A stretch of DNA of 64,000 nucleotides from Minisyncoccota bacterium (GCA_041651055.1 JBAZJW010000001.1:373325-437324); one strand, 5' to 3'. Numbered from the stretch's first letter, positions 40,293 through 51,334 are shown. Notes: generated from the letters alone by a model not told the origin. A program made the numbers and translations.

Positions 40293-41549
40293 CTATTTCT
40301 TATTAAGATTAAAGTAAAACAGCAGGGCGGAAAACGTATACGCAATGACTGTCGCAGATGCCGTCCCAACAATACCATATATAGGAGTTAACATATAAAT
40401 TAAAACTACATTTACGATTAAAGAACTGCCAAAAATCATAACCTGATGATGGTATTTATCTTTAACCCCATAAACGTTAATAAAAAAAGATATTAAAAAC
40501 ATAGCGGGTATAGAAAGAGAATAGACACGCAAAACTGGGACAGACTCAATAAATTTACTACCGTACAAAATTTTAACAGCTAACGGTGCGAATATTAAGA
40601 AAATAAAAAATATGAAAAATCCAATTCCTACATAATAAAACATTATTTTTTTTAAATTACTTTTTGACTCATCATTATCTTTAGTGGAAATATAAGCTAT
40701 ACGCGAAACCAGCGCGTTAGACAAAACACCAGCTAAAAAATTTGGAACATCCGAAATTCTAACTGCGGCAGAATAAATACCCAAAGTGTAAGCATTCGAC
40801 ACTGTCGCAAGAATTAATTGGTCAATACGAAGTAATAATTGCCAAAATATCAAAGAGGCAATACTTAAACGAATAGAATACAAAAAAATAAAAGAACTAA
40901 TAAGAGAAGGTAACCTAAAAGAATAAAAAACTTTTCTCCACTCTGACGATTTCAAAAAATACGTGCTAAAAATAAGACCGGCTAAAATTAAATCAAACGC
41001 TGAAATAACAATAAACCAAATTAGAGGAGCTTTGAGAAGCACAAAAGACACTTTCAAAATAAGCATGATGCCTGCATTAAGCATTTGTACAATTGAAACC
41101 AATTTTGCACGATTATTTACAATCGCATAAATTGAAAAAGTATTTAAGGACTGTAAAGAAATTGTGACAAGGATTATACTAACAAAAGTTGCAACGTCTT
41201 TTGGCAATACATACCATGCAGAAATAAGACCCATCAAAGACAATACTATATAAATATTAAACTTGTGCCCAAGGTATACTTTAAAATCTTCATGTTGGTG
41301 CTGACTTCTTACTAATTTCCAACCAAAGTAAAAATCCATTCCACTGATCACTGTCAAAAAAGCCCCAACATAATTTATAACGAAACTATAAAGACCTAAA
41401 TTTGTAGGGCCGAGATACCGGGAAACAATAATTACACTAATAAAGCTGGCTCCTTGTATAAAAACTTGAGCCAAAGTATACCAAGACAACTCCTTAAAAA
41501 GGGGCCTTAATAAAAGATTTTTAACACTAGAAACTAGTTTTGTATACAT
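40293..41549 (-). CDS. Wzx-type polysaccharide flippase
   Basis: RYLGPTNLGLYSF, RIDQLIL, LGIYSAAVR and PIYGIVGTASAT; about 12 TM segments; start uncertain. Confidence 0.85.
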   Translation of the reverse strand: MYTKLVSSVKNLLLRPLFKELSWYTLAQVFIQGASFISVIIVSRYLGPTNLGLYSFVINYVGAFLTVISGMDFYFGWKLVRSQHQHEDFKVYLGHKFNIYIVLSLMGLISAWYVLPKDVATFVSIILVTISLQSLNTFSIYAIVNNRAKLVSIVQMLNAGIMLILKVSFVLLKAPLIWFIVISAFDLILAGLIFSTYFLKSSEWRKVFYSFRLPSLISSFIFLYSIRLSIASLIFWQLLLRIDQLILATVSNAYTLGIYSAAVRISDVPNFLAGVLSNALVSRIAYISTKDNDESKSNLKKIMFYYVGIGFFIFFIFLIFAPLAVKILYGSKFIESVPVLRVYSLSIPAMFLISFFINVYGVKDKYHHQVMIFGSSLIVNVVLIYMLTPIYGIVGTASATVIAYTFSALLFYFNLNKK

Positions 41550-41617
41550 AATTACCTTCTTATACGCACATTGTAGCATTTAGACTTGAATAAGGACTAT
41601 CTTTACAAATACCCTTC

Positions 41618-42430
41618 TTAAATTAAAGATTTTAATAAACCTCTTATTTTTTTACCCAAAATAACTAAAAAGAAAAACCCTCTCTTCCAGAGCTGAATAT
41701 GATTACTCAAAACTAAACTCTTAAGAAAGAAAAGGTTGCTACCAATAGCCAAAGATTCTGTACCATGTTTTCTGAGTCCTGTTACATTATTCAAATGCTG
41801 TCTGTAATCTTGTAAATATTCATCTATAAAAAATGGTTTAGCTGGCCAAATCGCTAACTGAATCCAAGAATCATGACTCGGTGTGTGTGGAGGGGCTGGC
41901 CAAATATTTTTTAAAAGGGAAGCTCTAAATGATGTAGCACATCCTAATATGCATGAACCCCATGTATAATACGAAAGCCTTCTTCTTTCCTTGTCATAAT
42001 AATTACTACCTATAAAATCTTTTAAGCACCCTATTGGTTTATTTTCTTCATTAGTAACCACCACTTTATTGTATACCCACTGGATTGATTTATCCTTATA
42101 TTTATCCATATGAAGTTGTATTTTATTTGAATACCAAACATCGTCGCAATCGCATAAAAAAATGATCTCACCGTTACAACGAGATATGGCTTCTGTAAAA
42201 TTCGAAAGAACTCCACGTTCTCGAAGGCTAGCAGACCAACGAATTCTTTTATCCTTACCCGCATATTCTGATAAAATATTTTGAGTATTATCCGTACTAC
42301 CATCATCACTAATAACAACTTCAATATTTGAATAAGTCTGAGAAAGCAGTGAATCTAACTGATCACGTATAAACCGTTCACTGTTGTAAACAGTCATAGC
42401 AACTGAAACAAGTGGATTTTTAATGCTCAT
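41618..42430 (-). CDS. glycosyltransferase family 2 (rhamnosyltransferase-like)
   Basis: VSVAMTVYN, SDDGSTD, LCDCDDVW, SHDSW and YRQHLNN. Confidence 0.9.
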   Translation of the reverse strand: MSIKNPLVSVAMTVYNSERFIRDQLDSLLSQTYSNIEVVISDDGSTDNTQNILSEYAGKDKRIRWSASLRERGVLSNFTEAISRCNGEIIFLCDCDDVWYSNKIQLHMDKYKDKSIQWVYNKVVVTNEENKPIGCLKDFIGSNYYDKERRRLSYYTWGSCILGCATSFRASLLKNIWPAPPHTPSHDSWIQLAIWPAKPFFIDEYLQDYRQHLNNVTGLRKHGTESLAIGSNLFFLKSLVLSNHIQLWKRGFFFLVILGKKIRGLLKSLI

Positions 42431-42469
42431 ATTTTATGATTTATAGACATGAACTCATACGTTCATATG

Positions 42470-43480
42470 TTACTGACGACACATTGTTACACAGATAATA
42501 TTAGATTTTCTCAAACATAACGATGAGTTAGAAAAAAGAATATTCAGGAATTCACGAACTTTCTTTATCATATGAAGTATCATTTTCAAAAAGACATACA
42601 TATGAAATTTTTCTGTTAAAATTCGTAATTTTGATTTTACATAACGAGGATATAAAACATCTCCATTTTTTGTAAAAAAACTTGTTCGCACAGAAAGATT
42701 TGGTATCTCTGGTTTTAATAAAGTACCAAAAAAAATATTATAAAAACCAAATGAGAAGAAAGAAGCTTTCAAGCCCAACATCTCAGCAAAGGAACTAATA
42801 CCTTTTTCAGAAAACCATGTCAAATGAACAGGAGGTAGATCTGTTCCCCATAATGTTTTATCGGGATGCCATGAACGGTTCGGAGTAGTAAGAATTAATA
42901 TACCTTCTGGACTAAGCAAAGTCATGGCATGTTCAATATATTTCTTAGGGTCATGAACATGTTCTATTAACTCAAGCATACAGATTGCATCATAACCACC
43001 CCCTATTCCTTTAAAACTAAAAAAATTTTCGCATACAAAATAATCACCGTACCTGCTGGTGGCTTTCTCTATAGCATTACTGGAAATATCTAAACCTGTG
43101 GCTTTATATCCTCCTTTAACTAAGGCATATGTCATGTAACCAAGACCACAACCAACATCTAAAATGTTACCGTTTTTCGTTATGTTTTTATCAATACTTT
43201 TTACAACGCTGTAATACATCTCCTCTTTAAACTTCAAAAACCTAAGAGGGTTACTTGAATAAAGAATTTCTTCAGCATATTCGTTATACCTCATATACCC
43301 TGGCGTATCTTTTTCTGAATAAATAAGATTATACACAGAACTCTCTTCTGTGTGTGGCGAAGACCATTTTGTGCCACAGGAAAAGCAAGAACATATAAAA
43401 TAAAAAGCCCCTTGAACATATCCTTCTATTTGAGATTCTTTTAAGATATTTTGACTGCCGCACGCTATACAAGTTTCCAT
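42470..43480 (-). CDS. class I SAM-dependent methyltransferase with N-terminal CxxC/CxxC
   Basis: LDVGCGLG, IEHVHDP, TTPN and PPVHLTWF. Confidence 0.88.
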   Translation of the reverse strand: METCIACGSQNILKESQIEGYVQGAFYFICSCFSCGTKWSSPHTEESSVYNLIYSEKDTPGYMRYNEYAEEILYSSNPLRFLKFKEEMYYSVVKSIDKNITKNGNILDVGCGLGYMTYALVKGGYKATGLDISSNAIEKATSRYGDYFVCENFFSFKGIGGGYDAICMLELIEHVHDPKKYIEHAMTLLSPEGILILTTPNRSWHPDKTLWGTDLPPVHLTWFSEKGISSFAEMLGLKASFFSFGFYNIFFGTLLKPEIPNLSVRTSFFTKNGDVLYPRYVKSKLRILTEKFHMYVFLKMILHMIKKVREFLNILFSNSSLCLRKSNIICVTMCRQ

Positions 43481-43626
43481 AATTAACCAACAGTATAAAA
43501 CAATAATTCATTTATCGCTATTATCGTCACATTTCTTTTCATTATTATATTAATACGAAAGTAGTTTTACCCATTCATAACATTATGGCATTAGTCTAAT
43601 TGAATATATGGTAAAATTAAAGCACA

Positions 43627-44574
43627 ATGAAAAACATAGCTCTCGTAACAGTAACCTACAACGCCGGTAAAAACCTCCCATTTTTCCTCCCCTCTCTCGT
43701 GCAAAATAAAGAGATAATCTCTCATGTTTACTTTGTCGATAACAATTCTAAGGACACTACACTCTCGACACTTGAGACGTTTAAAAAACTAGAAGAAGAA
43801 AGTTTTGATGTACATATTATTTCCAATAGAAAAAATTACGGGTACACACATGCGGTAAACAGTGGTATTCAAAAAGCTCTTGATGATGGATTTAAATATA
43901 TCTGTGTAACCAACAACGACATTGCTTTTGAACATGGATTCTTTGCCAAAATGCTAAGCGAGTTCACAGAAAACACCATAGACGCTCTCGGTGTACCAGC
44001 AAGTATCAATGAACACGACCTTGGTCTCGGCTATAGTTTGGACAGCACAACGTATGCGCCGAAAAAAGATCAACCAATAAAAAGAAAAGATATACAGAGA
44101 GAAATTCTCAAAAACCCCCTACCTTCAATCGACTTCCCTCATGGTGGCACCATTCTTTTCAGCAGATACTTTTTTGAAAATATCGGCCTCTATGATCACC
44201 ATTTATTCTTCGGTGGCGATGAACTAGATTTTTTGTATCGTGTCACCGCATACAATGCTGCACATGATACAAAAATAAAATGCGCCGTCTCGCTTACTTC
44301 TTTTTTAAAACTAGACAATCTCTCTCATCATAATAATGGTAATAAATTCATAAAAGCCAGAGGCATGCTACAAGGAAATGCTCGTGTACATTTGAAACAC
44401 ACATCCACACCATTTCAATCAAAACTTTATAGAGAGCAGCATTCGCTCATTCAATCATTAGCAAAAGGAAGCCTCATGAGATACATTGCACTTTATCTCT
44501 TTGCACTTCGTGGACTCTGTATAGAAATATATAGGTACTATCGAGATTCTATGGTACAAAAAATTACTTCGTAA
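43627..44574 (+). CDS. glycosyltransferase family 2
   Basis: VTVTYN, VDNNSKD, NYGY..AVN.G, TNND and FFGGDELD. Confidence 0.85.
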   Translation: MKNIALVTVTYNAGKNLPFFLPSLVQNKEIISHVYFVDNNSKDTTLSTLETFKKLEEESFDVHIISNRKNYGYTHAVNSGIQKALDDGFKYICVTNNDIAFEHGFFAKMLSEFTENTIDALGVPASINEHDLGLGYSLDSTTYAPKKDQPIKRKDIQREILKNPLPSIDFPHGGTILFSRYFFENIGLYDHHLFFGGDELDFLYRVTAYNAAHDTKIKCAVSLTSFLKLDNLSHHNNGNKFIKARGMLQGNARVHLKHTSTPFQSKLYREQHSLIQSLAKGSLMRYIALYLFALRGLCIEIYRYYRDSMVQKITS

Positions 44575-45568
44575 TTACAATACACATCGAGGAAGATCGT
44601 GAAGAAGGTGTCTTGTGTTTCAATCGAAGCTTTATGTACGCTAACAGCGAATGTAATCTTACACCGAGTAATTTCGATTTCCAACTATACACGACTTGCT
44701 TGGGATCAACGTCTCCACTCGCGAGCAGACGTGGCAAACTTGCCTGTATCTGCTCCATGGAAGAGTCTGCGCCATAGTCGAAGAACTTTGTTGTGTATGG
44801 AGTAAAATCAATAAACTCACATTTCTTACCAAAACTCTTTGCGACAGTAGAGAGACTTTCTTCGGCAAACCACCATAAGTGAACGGGCGGCACATCACTC
44901 TGCCACACGGTTCCTTGTTTAGATTTATTTTTATTTGGTGTCGTCATTATCAACGTACCTCCGTCTTTAAGCAGAGAAAGTGCGGCTTCTATAAAAGCTT
45001 TAGGATCTTCTACGTGCTCTATCAATTCTGTCATGATTACACAATCAAATAATTCTTTTTTATTCTTAGCCACCACAAACAAATCCCCTGCTTCATAAAA
45101 GTTTCCATATCGTTCTGTTGCCTTTGCCACAGCTTCTTTAGAAAGATCTAAGCCTGTCGTCGCATACCCCGCTTTATTCAAGCTGTAGGTTAAATACCCC
45201 AAACCACTTCCTATTTCCAAAACAGAAATATCTTTTTTATTTGGAAAGCTTTTTTGTAATGCTTCTCGTACTGCCCAGTAGGTATTCTCTAAATTAGCTA
45301 AAACATCAAGTGGGTTCTTCACTTTTTTTACAAGCTCCGCAAACCGGTGATACCTCATGTATCCTGGAATAATCTCGACTTGTCGATAAATGTGATTATA
45401 TATTCTTTCGTCTGATTTTGCAGGATCCACAAAACTCGCCTTACAATTTACACATTCATAAATATCAAACTTTGAATTTTCAATATAGCCAAGCATTCCT
45501 ATATACGTACGTTTTACTTCACCGTCACACAAAGAGCATTTTTTAGTATGCATAATAGTATTATTCAT
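44564..45568 (-). CDS. class I SAM-dependent methyltransferase (homolog of 42470-43480)
   Basis: LEIGSGLG, IEHVEDP, TTPN and PPVHLWWF. Confidence 0.88.
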   Translation of the reverse strand: MNNTIMHTKKCSLCDGEVKRTYIGMLGYIENSKFDIYECVNCKASFVDPAKSDERIYNHIYRQVEIIPGYMRYHRFAELVKKVKNPLDVLANLENTYWAVREALQKSFPNKKDISVLEIGSGLGYLTYSLNKAGYATTGLDLSKEAVAKATERYGNFYEAGDLFVVAKNKKELFDCVIMTELIEHVEDPKAFIEAALSLLKDGGTLIMTTPNKNKSKQGTVWQSDVPPVHLWWFAEESLSTVAKSFGKKCEFIDFTPYTTKFFDYGADSSMEQIQASLPRLLASGDVDPKQVVYSWKSKLLGVRLHSLLAYIKLRLKHKTPSSRSSSMCIVITK

Positions 45569-45601
45569 GGGAATGATTATACCAATATTTTTTGGTCTAC
45601 A

Positions 45602-46948
45602 CTATCTCCCAAACAACCCCTTAAACCATGCGACGATTCGGGTGTCTTTTTGTGTGTGGACAACTCGTGTGACAGATGTAGTGCTGGCGACGATAGTGGA
45701 TGTCGCAGCAGATGCGTGGGGCACTGTTTTCACTATAACCTTTTGATATACACGAGCAGGTGCTTGTATGAGAATGCTTTTTATCGGCATGGTCGTAGCA
45801 ATCGTCGTAGTCGCAGCACCCAACACCAACCCTTCATCTTTAATGTATTTCGTCACTTCTTCTTGATTCGGAAAAAGAATTTGAACAACCGTGCCAGACG
45901 AAATAGTACTACTTGCGAATCCCATCGCTACACCAGAAAAATGTGTTACACCACCGGCAGCGAGTAATGTGTTTTTTGGAAAAGGAAAAGCAGAACCATT
46001 TATCAAAAGTTTCCATTGAGAAAAATCTAAGTCGTACGGGTTCGGATTCGTAATATCTACATACGTGCCATATTTGCCAGAAGCAATAGCACTGATGGCA
46101 ATATCTGGAGGCACGACACGCACCGTCATACGACCTGTACCAGCCACGTATCCATTCGTACCTTCCACTTGCGCGACGTACCTGCCGGCATACGCATACC
46201 GATACTTTGTCGACGTGCCGACGGCTTGTCCCCCATCACCAAAGGCCCATGTGCATGTGAGTCCATCAATAGTTTTGCCAGCGCGCGTCATACCATACGT
46301 ACTGAATTCTGTTTCAGCACCAGCGACGACGGTTTTTTCAAACGGCATATACAAAATAATATCAGGCGATGGTGGAGACATTTGTGCGACGGTCACTTGA
46401 TGCTCTGTCGTTGTGGTCGCTGTCGTATCTGTCGGAGTCGTTGTGTCGACGACAGCTGGCGCACTATTTTCTGATCCCGGTGTCGGCGTCGTTTGAATAA
46501 AGCTTCCGTTCACACGTGATAAAGTCATACCCTCTTTTGCTGCCGTATAGGACGAAAGAATGTCTAAGGAGACACCGTTTAGTTTTATTTCAATCGATGT
46601 AACACCAGTGTTCACTAAACTTATAGAACTTTTAAAAAGTGAACCATTGTATAGTGGGTAGTCCTGCAAAAATTTCGTCACCCCACTTACGGTCGAAGCA
46701 ATAATCGCATACTCTCCCGCATTAAGCGTCGTACCCCCTGAAAGGGGTGTAGTCACGATTGCTGCACCTCCTTTTATGGAAATAGTAAGCGCAGAAATAT
46801 CCACCGGTACTGTCGTATCGTTATACAATTCCACCCACTCTCTCCCTCCATCATCTCCTGTCGGATTAGACATAATCTCACTTATCAAAAGCGCATGTGT
46901 ACTCATGGTGCCGCTCATAAAAAGTGAAAGGATGAGGAGTTTTTTCAT
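45602..46948 (-). CDS. secreted lamin-tail-domain + PKD-domain protein
   Basis: Signal peptide, ISEIMSNPTGDDGGREWVELYN, PTPGSEN and WAFGDG. Confidence 0.85.
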   Translation of the reverse strand: MKKLLILSLFMSGTMSTHALLISEIMSNPTGDDGGREWVELYNDTTVPVDISALTISIKGGAAIVTTPLSGGTTLNAGEYAIIASTVSGVTKFLQDYPLYNGSLFKSSISLVNTGVTSIEIKLNGVSLDILSSYTAAKEGMTLSRVNGSFIQTTPTPGSENSAPAVVDTTTPTDTTATTTTEHQVTVAQMSPPSPDIILYMPFEKTVVAGAETEFSTYGMTRAGKTIDGLTCTWAFGDGGQAVGTSTKYRYAYAGRYVAQVEGTNGYVAGTGRMTVRVVPPDIAISAIASGKYGTYVDITNPNPYDLDFSQWKLLINGSAFPFPKNTLLAAGGVTHFSGVAMGFASSTISSGTVVQILFPNQEEVTKYIKDEGLVLGAATTTIATTMPIKSILIQAPARVYQKVIVKTVPHASAATSTIVASTTSVTRVVHTQKDTRIVAWFKGLFGR

Positions 46949-46952
46949 AGTG

Positions 46953-48788
46953 TTATGACTCCTCTTCTATAAGTTTACGCAAAACTTCTTCGGCTATTTC
47001 TTTTTGCACACGCTTATTTTCTTCTACCACCGTTTCTTTCTTTGTATCATGCGTGCGATCTGTATTTTCTGTTATCTGTCGACTGTCAGCTGATGACTGT
47101 CTATTCTCTTCCATTGCTTTTGCTAGAGCTTCTTTGAGTGATAGCGCCGGCTTTTCATCAAAGGTTTTTGGATATTCTATGCGAGAACGTTCTTCAGGTA
47201 CACCTTTTGTTGGTTGGGTACGCACTTGCTCTTGTGGCACACGCCTCTCTTCCGTATGCTGACGAGGTCTATCTTCTTGATGGCCACCTCTTTGGCTATT
47301 TGCGTGTGAAGGAGTGTCTCTTCGTGGATCCTGACTTCTTTCTCCTTGTACGCTCCCTTTTCCATTATCTAATGGCCTACTTTCTGGTTGTCTTCGTGGT
47401 GCAGGTGCATCGTGTCGGATTTCGCGCACTTTCATATCTCGCTCATCTCGTGGTTTTCCTTCGTCTCTTTTTGTTTCAGCTTTTTCTATTGGTTTGTAGA
47501 AGGCATTAATTTCTTCTTCAACTTCAGCGATTGGTTTACCATAGCTTTTACGCGAATAGGCAATAACCTCATCACTAAATGAGCGTGCAGGCTTTTGTAT
47601 TGGACCAAGAGTGTGTGCTGAGAACGGCTTCGAGCCTTGCCCATCAATCATCAAGCGAAGATAAATTTGAAACGCGGAGAGGTTCACAATGTCGTCCAAA
47701 ATGAAATATGGCGCAAATTCTTTTTCAAAAATTTCTGCATCAGTCGCACCAACACGAAATACAATCATGGTACCTACGTTTCCAAAGACGGCCGCCTTTA
47801 CCTCGTCTGTCATTTGTTCGACATACTGATGTGCAACGGTGAGAGCAAGATTGTACTTACGCGCTTCCGAAAGAATGTTTGCAAAAGATTCATTGGCAAA
47901 GTTTTGGAATTCATCTACGTACACATAAAATGGTGGTAACTTTTCTAGTTCGTATGGACCGACATCGGCACGAGACATGGCTGCAAGGTATATTTTTGTA
48001 ATCAAGAGTGAACCGATCAAATTCGCATTTCCTTCTCCAACTTTTCCTTTAGAAAGGTTCACGATAATAATCTTTTTTGTATCCATCGCATCACGCAAAT
48101 CAATAGATGTTTTTTGTTGTCCGACAATATTTCTAATCAGTGGATTGCCGACGAATTGTCCAACTTTGTTCTGGATGGCAGGTGCAGCTTCTGCTGCGAA
48201 CTTCTCTGTATAGGACGCATATTCTTTTTCCCAAAAATCTTTCACCGTCGGATCTGTCACATTCGAAACAATAAACTTACGATACTCTTTATCTACCAAC
48301 ATTCTATTCACACCGAGCAGACTTTGATTATCATTTTCAAGAAGAGCGAGGATAATGTTCGTCAAAATATATTCCATACGCGCACTCCATGCATCAACCC
48401 AAATCTTTTTGAAAGCCGCCATGATACCGTTTGCCACCAAGTGACGCTTTTCTTTTTCTACTTTTTCAAGAACGTTCAATCCTATAGGACTATCGACATC
48501 AAACGGAGCAAAGTAGATAACATCTTTTACACGAGATTCTGGTATGTGGTCGAGCAACTTTTCAGCAAGTGATCCGTGTGGGTCAATAACACAAACACCT
48601 TCACCGTTGTTGATATCTTGAATAATGAGATTCTCGAGAAGGGTTGATTTTCCCATACCTGTCTTTCCAATGACATAAGTGTGGCGAGTGCGATCGTTTT
48701 CTTTGATGCCGAAAGTAAGCTGTTTATTTCTGTAATCAACCTTACCGATGTAGGTTACTTTTTCTTTATGCGGCTCTTGATCTGACAT
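46953..48788 (-). CDS. TraD/VirD4-like coupling ATPase (TrwB-type, CPR family)
   Basis: RHTYVIGKTGMGKST, IDPHG and YVDEFQNF..SEARKY; long charged tail. Confidence 0.88.
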   Translation of the reverse strand: MSDQEPHKEKVTYIGKVDYRNKQLTFGIKENDRTRHTYVIGKTGMGKSTLLENLIIQDINNGEGVCVIDPHGSLAEKLLDHIPESRVKDVIYFAPFDVDSPIGLNVLEKVEKEKRHLVANGIMAAFKKIWVDAWSARMEYILTNIILALLENDNQSLLGVNRMLVDKEYRKFIVSNVTDPTVKDFWEKEYASYTEKFAAEAAPAIQNKVGQFVGNPLIRNIVGQQKTSIDLRDAMDTKKIIIVNLSKGKVGEGNANLIGSLLITKIYLAAMSRADVGPYELEKLPPFYVYVDEFQNFANESFANILSEARKYNLALTVAHQYVEQMTDEVKAAVFGNVGTMIVFRVGATDAEIFEKEFAPYFILDDIVNLSAFQIYLRLMIDGQGSKPFSAHTLGPIQKPARSFSDEVIAYSRKSYGKPIAEVEEEINAFYKPIEKAETKRDEGKPRDERDMKVREIRHDAPAPRRQPESRPLDNGKGSVQGERSQDPRRDTPSHANSQRGGHQEDRPRQHTEERRVPQEQVRTQPTKGVPEERSRIEYPKTFDEKPALSLKEALAKAMEENRQSSADSRQITENTDRTHDTKKETVVEENKRVQKEIAEEVLRKLIEEES

Positions 48789-48875
48789 GAAAATAGTATA
48801 CCAAGAATAGGTTTTAGGTGATAGGTTTTAGGCTGTAGATAGGGGTAGGAATATTCAATGAAACAATATTCAACA

Positions 48876-50093
48876 CTAGTTAGTGTGCAGTGCTGCCGGA
48901 GTGTAATGATTTGCAGGATCCCATAGCATCCATGAATCTATTCCAAGCCTCTCCCCTGCTGTTATCTGTGCTCGAACCATTTCTGCTGTATAGGTCGCCC
49001 CCATATCAAAGTCCTGATACCATGGTCGATACTTCGCACGAATAGTCGATGTCGCCTGCCCTGTACTACTTGCCACTTCATCTGCTATCTCTATTCCTTT
49101 TTTCATTGAATACGAAATGATTGGCCCAGGATTTGCTGCAGGGTTTTGATATCCCGCAGTGCCTGCATAAAAATGTGAAGGATAAATCATCGGGGCGACG
49201 TAATCAAATGTTTCAAGTGCTGTATGCATATCTTGACCGAGCACAGCGATGTCTACCTTGGTCACCATGATGATGCCGAACAAGTCTCCGGACACAGGTA
49301 TGCCGTCTTTACGAAGTGAGTCAGTGATGTAGTGATAAAACTCAGACACGATGCCAGGCTTATCAACTTTTGCCCTCTCCCCACTAATTGGAAATGTCAT
49401 ATCTGAAAGCGCTCCATCTGTAGGGAAGCGGATATAATCCAGATTCACCTCATCGAATCCACGAGCGTAAGAATCTTTTGAAATATTTTCCAAGTATCTC
49501 CACATTTTTTTTGAACCAGTATCTACCCATGGAATACCCTTATGATCTTTCCATATATCCCCTGTCTTCTTGGAACGAACAGCTTCTTCTGGATATCTCT
49601 TTACATACAAAGGATCCTGGAATGCTGCGATGCGTGCAATAACATAAATATTTTTTGCATGAAGTTCATCTAAAAATGCATCAAGGTCACGTATTCTTCC
49701 ATCCCACGAAACAAGCCCTGTATTATCTTTGACGTCAATAACCACTGAGTTGATTTCAGTATCGTCGATAAGTTTTACAAGTTTTGTTCGCACAGAAGGT
49801 GAGCCCGCCACCCAGCTCGACATATATATTGCCTTCACATGCTCTGGAGTTTTGATATGCGTAACGACACGCACAGCTTCTGTGGTTGTAGGTGCCGACA
49901 CTGTTTCATCTTTTACATTTGTTTGTGCAAATGCTTTAGCCATTGAGGATGTAGATGTCGCCAGATCTCCTCCATGTTTACTATACGCAACAGTTCCTAA
50001 CCCCTTTGAAAAAGGAAGATACTGATAACCACTATCTAATATCCAGAAAAAGGCTAATAATCCCGCCACGAGTCCTGCTGTTACTATCTTCAT
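48876..50093 (-). CDS. putative glycoside hydrolase (DUF4015-like)
   Basis: VVIDVKD, IARIAAFQD, GFDEVNLDYIRFP, PMIYPSH and RPWYQDF. Confidence 0.85.
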   Translation of the reverse strand: MKIVTAGLVAGLLAFFWILDSGYQYLPFSKGLGTVAYSKHGGDLATSTSSMAKAFAQTNVKDETVSAPTTTEAVRVVTHIKTPEHVKAIYMSSWVAGSPSVRTKLVKLIDDTEINSVVIDVKDNTGLVSWDGRIRDLDAFLDELHAKNIYVIARIAAFQDPLYVKRYPEEAVRSKKTGDIWKDHKGIPWVDTGSKKMWRYLENISKDSYARGFDEVNLDYIRFPTDGALSDMTFPISGERAKVDKPGIVSEFYHYITDSLRKDGIPVSGDLFGIIMVTKVDIAVLGQDMHTALETFDYVAPMIYPSHFYAGTAGYQNPAANPGPIISYSMKKGIEIADEVASSTGQATSTIRAKYRPWYQDFDMGATYTAEMVRAQITAGERLGIDSWMLWDPANHYTPAALHTN

Positions 50094-50311
50094 GCCGATA
50101 CCGTTGTGTGCATTACAGGAGTGCTTTCGGTTTCTTGGTGTTCTGGATGGTCTCCGTGATGAATAACTTTCTTACGTAAATCAAGAGTGCTAATGAAAAG
50201 AAGAACGCCTGCGACAATAAAAGCAACATCTTTGAAAAGTCCTGGTATAAAAATCCATGGAGAGAGAACAAGGAGGATGGCGACTGCGCGTTTGATTCCG
50301 AGAGGTGACAT
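50090..50311 (-). CDS. small two-TM protein
   Basis: Two hydrophobic segments; stop overlaps the next ATG; TATACT upstream. Confidence 0.65.
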   Translation of the reverse strand: MSPLGIKRAVAILLVLSPWIFIPGLFKDVAFIVAGVLLFISTLDLRKKVIHHGDHPEHQETESTPVMHTTVSA

Positions 50312-50559
50312 AGTGAGACCAGTATACCTTAACTAGTTTTTAGTTTCCAGTTTTTAGTTTTCAGAGAATGCGAAAAGCGAAATCGGCAGATTTCGCTTTT
50401 AGTTTCCGCATTTCCTAACGAAGAACGACCAACGATTAACGAGTAACGAGAGCCTTCTATAATAGTCAGGAATATTCAATAACTTAATATCTAATATTCA
50501 AATCAAATGCATTGCATTTCTTTGAATATTGGTTATTAAAACATTGAATATTGTTGTTA

Positions 50560-51243
50560 TTATTTTCCAGAAATAATAACAACAAACTCCCCTCGTATAT
50601 GATCCTTGTTGGCCTCGAAGTAAGCTTTCACTTCTTTCGCGCTGCCGCGGACCACTTCCTCATGCATCTTGGTCAATTCTCGTGCAATAACAATGAGACG
50701 AGTGTCCTCGAGAATGGTTGCGAGCGATTCCAAATTCTTTTCGATGCGATGCACAGACTCATAGTACACAGAGGCCATGTCGCTTTCGGCAATTGTCTTG
50801 AAAAGTGTTTCTCTCCCCTTCTTATGTGGAAAGAATCCGTAGAATGTAAATGTGGCCGACGAAATACCAGAAGCAGATAGTGCGGTCGTAAGTGCTGCCG
50901 CACCAGGAAGTGCCACCACGGTCACGTCCGGTAATTCTTTTCGCACTCTATCGACGAGCAATACTCCAGGATCGGAAATGGTCGGAGTACCTGCATCTGA
51001 TACGAGAGCTATCTGCTTTCCTTCTTCGAGCAACTGCAATGTCTTCTCAATATTTTTGATCCCTGTGTTGGCATAAAAAATACTTGTCTTGGTCGTGATG
51101 TCGTATTCTTTGAAAAGTCGCTGCGTGACAGATGTATCCTCACACAATACTAAATCTACTTCTTTCAAAATACGAATAGCACGAAGTGTCATATCTTCGA
51201 GATTTCCAATTGGTGTCGGTACGACGTAGAGGGTTCCGTTCAT
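50560..51243 (-). CDS. rsmI: 16S rRNA C1402 2'-O-methyltransferase
   Basis: LYVVPTPIGNLEDMTLRA, VSDAGTPTISDPG and ARELTKMHEE. Confidence 0.96.
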   Translation of the reverse strand: MNGTLYVVPTPIGNLEDMTLRAIRILKEVDLVLCEDTSVTQRLFKEYDITTKTSIFYANTGIKNIEKTLQLLEEGKQIALVSDAGTPTISDPGVLLVDRVRKELPDVTVVALPGAAALTTALSASGISSATFTFYGFFPHKKGRETLFKTIAESDMASVYYESVHRIEKNLESLATILEDTRLIVIARELTKMHEEVVRGSAKEVKAYFEANKDHIRGEFVVIISGK

Positions 51244-51334
51244 ATAAACCTGATACTACCACAAAAAAGAAAAACCGCGACAGCAAAAGCTGCGCGGCGG
51301 TAAAGGCGGTAAAAACCGCGAATGTCCTGGTCGA

